DNA from: a virus
Strand: one strand, 5' to 3'
DNA: 64,000 nt
IMG/VR virus record: IMGVR_UViG_3300045988_126562
Positions 61,229 through 64,000 of the stretch are shown in pieces. The translations under genes and the position numbers were made by a program. Below the pieces are notes generated by a model, which was given only the letters and a program-made list of their open reading frames with translations, was not told the origin of the DNA and made no database searches. Positions within the stretch are counted from its first letter, which is position 1. Each line of letters starts with the position of its first letter.

Positions 61229-61277
61229 AAGTCTAGCGTGTCTACCAATTCCACCATGAAGGCTTTAACTCTTGGGT

Positions 61278-61610
61278 TTACAAGAGTAATAATAAAAATT
61301 CTTCTTCCACCGTATGACTGAAAGATAATTCCAATAGAGCCTTTTTAACTTTTATAAAAGCTTCTGTATCGCTAGAGTTCCATTCTGGCCATGCTCCACC
61401 TCCAGCCCTATATCCATATACTTTACTTAAAAAAGATTGATAGTCTCTTATTCCTAAGTCTTCGAATAATGAACATACTTTTGTACCAGAATGTCCAGTC
61501 ATAATTCTACCATCATTTAGAGTTTTACGCTCAACCACTTCTACGAATACAGACTTCTCCCTTAATTTAAATTCGTAGTGCTTTGTCCTTATTACAAATA
61601 CCTCTTCCAT
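61278..61610 (-). CDS. Hypothetical protein
   Basis: 110-aa ORF between tRNA-Met and tRNA-Leu. Confidence 0.4.
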   Translation of the reverse strand: MEEVFVIRTKHYEFKLREKSVFVEVVERKTLNDGRIMTGHSGTKVCSLFEDLGIRDYQSFLSKVYGYRAGGGAWPEWNSSDTEAFIKVKKALLELSFSHTVEEEFLLLLL

Positions 61611-61623
61611 AAAACATATTATT

Positions 61624-61700
61624 TGGTGTTCCCCACCGGGATTGAACCGATAACCGCCTGATTATGAGTCAGGTGCTCTAACCAATTGAGCTAGGGGAAC
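61624..61700 (-). tRNA. tRNA-Met/Ile2 (CAU), elongator-type, CCA encoded
   Basis: Cloverleaf GUUCCCC/GGGGAAC-A-CCA, D arm GCUC-AAUUGGUUA-GAGC, anticodon loop CUCAUAA. There is no 1-72 mismatch and no GGG/CCC anticodon stem, so it is not an initiator. Confidence 0.85.
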
Positions 61701-61708
61701 TTTAAAAA

Positions 61709-62785
61709 TTACATTATTTCTTTATCACAGTTAAACATAGACAATTCTATTCCTCTGAACTTAGAATATATTGGTTGAAGATCAGAAAAGCTACATTCTT
61801 TTAGATTGTTAATATAAGTTAGTTGGTCTTTGAGATCCCAACAAGTAAAACATATTTTGGAGGAAACGTTTATACCTTCTTTTTCCGTTATAATTCTGTT
61901 ACAATTAATGGAATGGTTAAGAAGATCTAAATCTAATTTAGCGTATTTTAAAGATCCTTGAAACTTATTATATACATTAATTTCTTCAGGATTAACAATG
62001 TTCTCTAGTGGTTCTGATAATATAGGCCCATTTCCATGTCTAGTTATATATATTCTAGATACATAATTTACTATTATATCTTTCACACCAATAGACTTTA
62101 TAATTTTATAAGCATTTTCTCCAGTTGTATTAGAAGGAGTAGTGTGTGGATAGAATCCAAATTTTTGATCTAGTAGTATTCCTTGAGATCCTTCAAATAT
62201 AATATTAGAAAAGCTAGGTTTTAAGAATCCTATTTTATTTCTTTTGAACCAGTTAATATAAGATTCTGCTAATTCTTCTATATTAACACAGGTTTCATTA
62301 TAATACTCTAATATAGAATTTAGCTTGGAGAGCAACACTTTTTTATTTTGACATTCTTCCACTGTAAGGGAGCAGCATTCCATAACTCTTTTAATAGCCG
62401 GCCAATATCCGGTTCCTACGGTTCCATGTTTTAAATTATCCTTATCTTTTCTTTGAAAAGATATATCCATAGGAGTAATTACTTGACATAAGGGATTATA
62501 TATTACCTTTGGAGTTACATTGAACTTTTCTAATAAAATTTTACTTTCAACTATAGCAGACAAGGGGTTTACAAAACAATACTCTGACCAATAAGTAGGA
62601 CATCCTTTAAAAGTTCCACTTCCAAAATTACTGAAAACGTGTTTTTTGTTTCCAGAAATAACTGTATGACCACTTTGTGATCCGCCACTAAATCTTACTA
62701 TAATGGAGTTTGAGTCAGATAGGTTATGCACTATCTGACCCTTGCCCTCGTCTCCAAAAAAGGCTCCTAAAACTATATGTATCAT
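61709..62785 (-). CDS. Short-form adenylosuccinate synthetase homologue (PurA family; PurZ candidate)
   Basis: N-terminal GDEGKGQIV P-loop, GGSQSGHT (compare GGHNAGHT in PurA) and GTVGTG (compare GTTGRG). 358 aa, roughly 70 aa shorter than bacterial PurA. Confidence 0.7.
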   Translation of the reverse strand: MIHIVLGAFFGDEGKGQIVHNLSDSNSIIVRFSGGSQSGHTVISGNKKHVFSNFGSGTFKGCPTYWSEYCFVNPLSAIVESKILLEKFNVTPKVIYNPLCQVITPMDISFQRKDKDNLKHGTVGTGYWPAIKRVMECCSLTVEECQNKKVLLSKLNSILEYYNETCVNIEELAESYINWFKRNKIGFLKPSFSNIIFEGSQGILLDQKFGFYPHTTPSNTTGENAYKIIKSIGVKDIIVNYVSRIYITRHGNGPILSEPLENIVNPEEINVYNKFQGSLKYAKLDLDLLNHSINCNRIITEKEGINVSSKICFTCWDLKDQLTYINNLKECSFSDLQPIYSKFRGIELSMFNCDKEIM

Positions 62786-63675
62786 AAAAACGTGGGAAAA
62801 TCCTCTACTTTTTTAGATATACTTTCTGAATTACAATTTTTAATAGCATTTCCAATAATTTCTGGAATATTTTCTGAGTTAGAAGAAAGAAGATTGTCCC
62901 CTACTAATCTTTCCCATCCGTTCTTTATCCTGCTAAATGGATAACTTCCATCGGTACAGTGAATGTGAAATACGTGATATTGCTCTTGTGCTTTTTCCAA
63001 AGCTTCTTTAGCTGTAATATCACTACATCCATTTTCATATTGTAAATGTCTATGTAGATATGTACTTTTAATGCATTCGTGACAAGGCTCATCACCTATG
63101 GTAAATAAAAATCCTTTCTTTCCTCTTTTGAACCAAGCATCAGTTTCTGTATGATAACCAGCTATAATCCAGGATAAAAGATAACTTTCCCCACCATTTC
63201 CTCCACCACCTCCTTCAATATAGAAGGTCTTAAGAGAATTAACTATTTTTTCACTGTCAATTTCAAATTGGTCTACTTGAATTGGATAAGAGTCAGAATA
63301 ATGGTCTCCAATAGCCATAAATAAAATCTGTGGGTCTTGAACTCCAATTTCTTTTAAATATGACATTAGATGAGGAAATTGATTTTTGATTAGATTTAGA
63401 GGAATCCTACCCATAGATCCAGTTACATCAAAAGCTATAATAATAGGAGTAGTATTAGGATGTTCCTCACTATCTCTACATTCTCTTACTCCTACATTTA
63501 ACATTTCTTTAGGAACAGAAGTATTATGTATCCTGGCTCCCAAATTAAAGTCTGACGATAATTTATTGGTCTGTATATGAGAACTAAAAGTATCTCTGAC
63601 GCTAGAGGATGCAGTAATATTAGCATTCTTTGTAGCCGCCATATATGAGCATTCAGTATAAACTCCGTATCCCAT
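62782..63675 (-). CDS. vWA-like domain protein
   Basis: MIDAS-like IIAFDVTGSMG (DxTGS) and a poly-Gly loop GGGGGNGGE. ATGA overlap with the PurA-like gene. Confidence 0.5.
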   Translation of the reverse strand: MGYGVYTECSYMAATKNANITASSSVRDTFSSHIQTNKLSSDFNLGARIHNTSVPKEMLNVGVRECRDSEEHPNTTPIIIAFDVTGSMGRIPLNLIKNQFPHLMSYLKEIGVQDPQILFMAIGDHYSDSYPIQVDQFEIDSEKIVNSLKTFYIEGGGGGNGGESYLLSWIIAGYHTETDAWFKRGKKGFLFTIGDEPCHECIKSTYLHRHLQYENGCSDITAKEALEKAQEQYHVFHIHCTDGSYPFSRIKNGWERLVGDNLLSSNSENIPEIIGNAIKNCNSESISKKVEDFPTFL

Positions 63676-63677
63676 TC

Positions 63678-63986
63678 TTAATCCTCCTCTTTAAACCATT
63701 CATCGTAAGTATCTTGAGCTAACTTTAACTCAATTTCTTTATTTCTTAACTTCACTTTCAAGTTTTGTACTTGACTTACAAACTCTGATGGATTGAATGA
63801 CTTTGAAGCTAAAGTTAAAGAATCAGACGTTCTAACTGATAAATCTGTTAAAGAAGCCAATTCATTTTCTAATCCAAACTTCTCCTTCTTTAAGTTATTT
63901 ACCAGAGATTGTTGTTCCATCTCTACAATTTGAGCAATCTGATCTGCTCTTTTTACTAGCAAGGCATTGCCAGTTTCTGATAACAT
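63678..63986 (-). CDS. Hypothetical coiled-coil protein
   Basis: 102-aa ORF in a co-oriented array. Confidence 0.4.
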   Translation of the reverse strand: MLSETGNALLVKRADQIAQIVEMEQQSLVNNLKKEKFGLENELASLTDLSVRTSDSLTLASKSFNPSEFVSQVQNLKVKLRNKEIELKLAQDTYDEWFKEED

Positions 63987-64000
63987 CTGCTTAAAATTTC

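Larger units (their letters stand above)
60345..61263 (-). tRNA. tRNA-Leu (UAG or UAA) interrupted by a group I intron in the anticodon loop
   Basis: 5' exon GCCUUCA-UG-GUGGAAUUGGUAGACAC-G-CUAGA-CUU (61229-61263). 3' exon AGGA-UCUAG-UGGCUUCGGCCGU-GUGGG-UUCGAGU-CCCAC-UGAAGGC-A (60345-60391). Splicing after U34 with an omega-G gives anticodon UAG; an alternative junction gives UAA. Confidence 0.75.

Noticed and set aside
718-63580. All ~35 plus-strand ORFs in the track (for example 718-966, 10303-10668, 13356-13664, 15766-16113, 27348-27888, 39533-39898, 49550-49795)
   Set aside because: Each lies antisense inside a longer minus-strand ORF that has clear protein motifs or tight operon context. 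Their translations are low-complexity, Ile/Leu/Ser/Phe-rich strings typical of shadow frames in AT-rich DNA. None has a recognisable motif or its own intergenic space.
1-64000. CRISPR arrays, integrase/att sites, transposases, rRNA genes
   Set aside because: I found no regularly spaced direct repeats, no tyrosine/serine recombinase or DDE motifs in any ORF, and no rRNA-like sequence. The window looks like a contiguous virulent-phage arm.

Overview
This window is a strongly AT-rich stretch of a large virulent dsDNA phage (Caudoviricetes-like). Essentially every credible gene lies on the minus strand, tightly packed with many ATGA-type stop/start overlaps. I saw no integrase, transposase, rRNA, CRISPR array or obvious virion structural gene.

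**1-48.7 kb: replication, nucleotide metabolism and accessory genes**
- Replication: family-A DNA polymerase, DnaG-like primase, DnaB-like helicase, SF2 and Dda/RecD-like helicases, ATP-dependent DNA ligase, RecB-type nuclease. RNase H lies further along, in the 48.7-64 kb tRNA/accessory arm.
- Nucleotide metabolism: ThyX, dUTPase, anaerobic RNR NrdD/NrdG, deoxynucleotidase.
- RNA healing and sealing: a T4 Pnkp-like kinase/phosphatase and an Rnl2-like RNA ligase.
- NAD salvage: a PncB/PncA pair.
- Other: four calcineurin-like phosphoesterases, a ferritin-like protein and a free-standing HNH endonuclease.

**48.7-61.7 kb: translation-apparatus island**
- About 12 tRNA genes, called by hand-folding.
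- A ~340-nt tmRNA-like gene and a PTH2-like peptidyl-tRNA hydrolase candidate.
- A tRNA-Leu interrupted by a group I intron carrying an HNH endonuclease.
- A second tRNA split in its anticodon loop by a cassette made of a complete tRNA-Phe plus a paralogous HNH gene, with no recognisable ribozyme core.
- A predicted amber-suppressor tRNA (anticodon CUA).
- Two tRNAs (anticodons UUU and CCA) with unexpected long variable arms.
- A ~365-nt ORF-free, GC-enriched candidate ncRNA.

**Host clues** point to Bacteroidota: TTTG-N19-22-TAnnTTTG promoter-like motifs, and a secreted protein with a T9SS-type C-terminal sorting domain.

**Most novel-looking locus (32.0-37.0 kb):** six tandem, highly diverged paralogues share only an N-terminal 'QSxSDx(I/V)TNSS(S/T)ExF' signature. 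They sit directly upstream of a radical-SAM enzyme and an ADP-ribosylglycohydrolase. I cannot assign the signature to any family I know.

**Also notable:** a short-form adenylosuccinate-synthetase homologue (PurZ candidate) translationally coupled to a vWA protein.

**Limits:** all calls come from reading the sequence and the supplied translations. No database, HMM or covariance-model searches were run.
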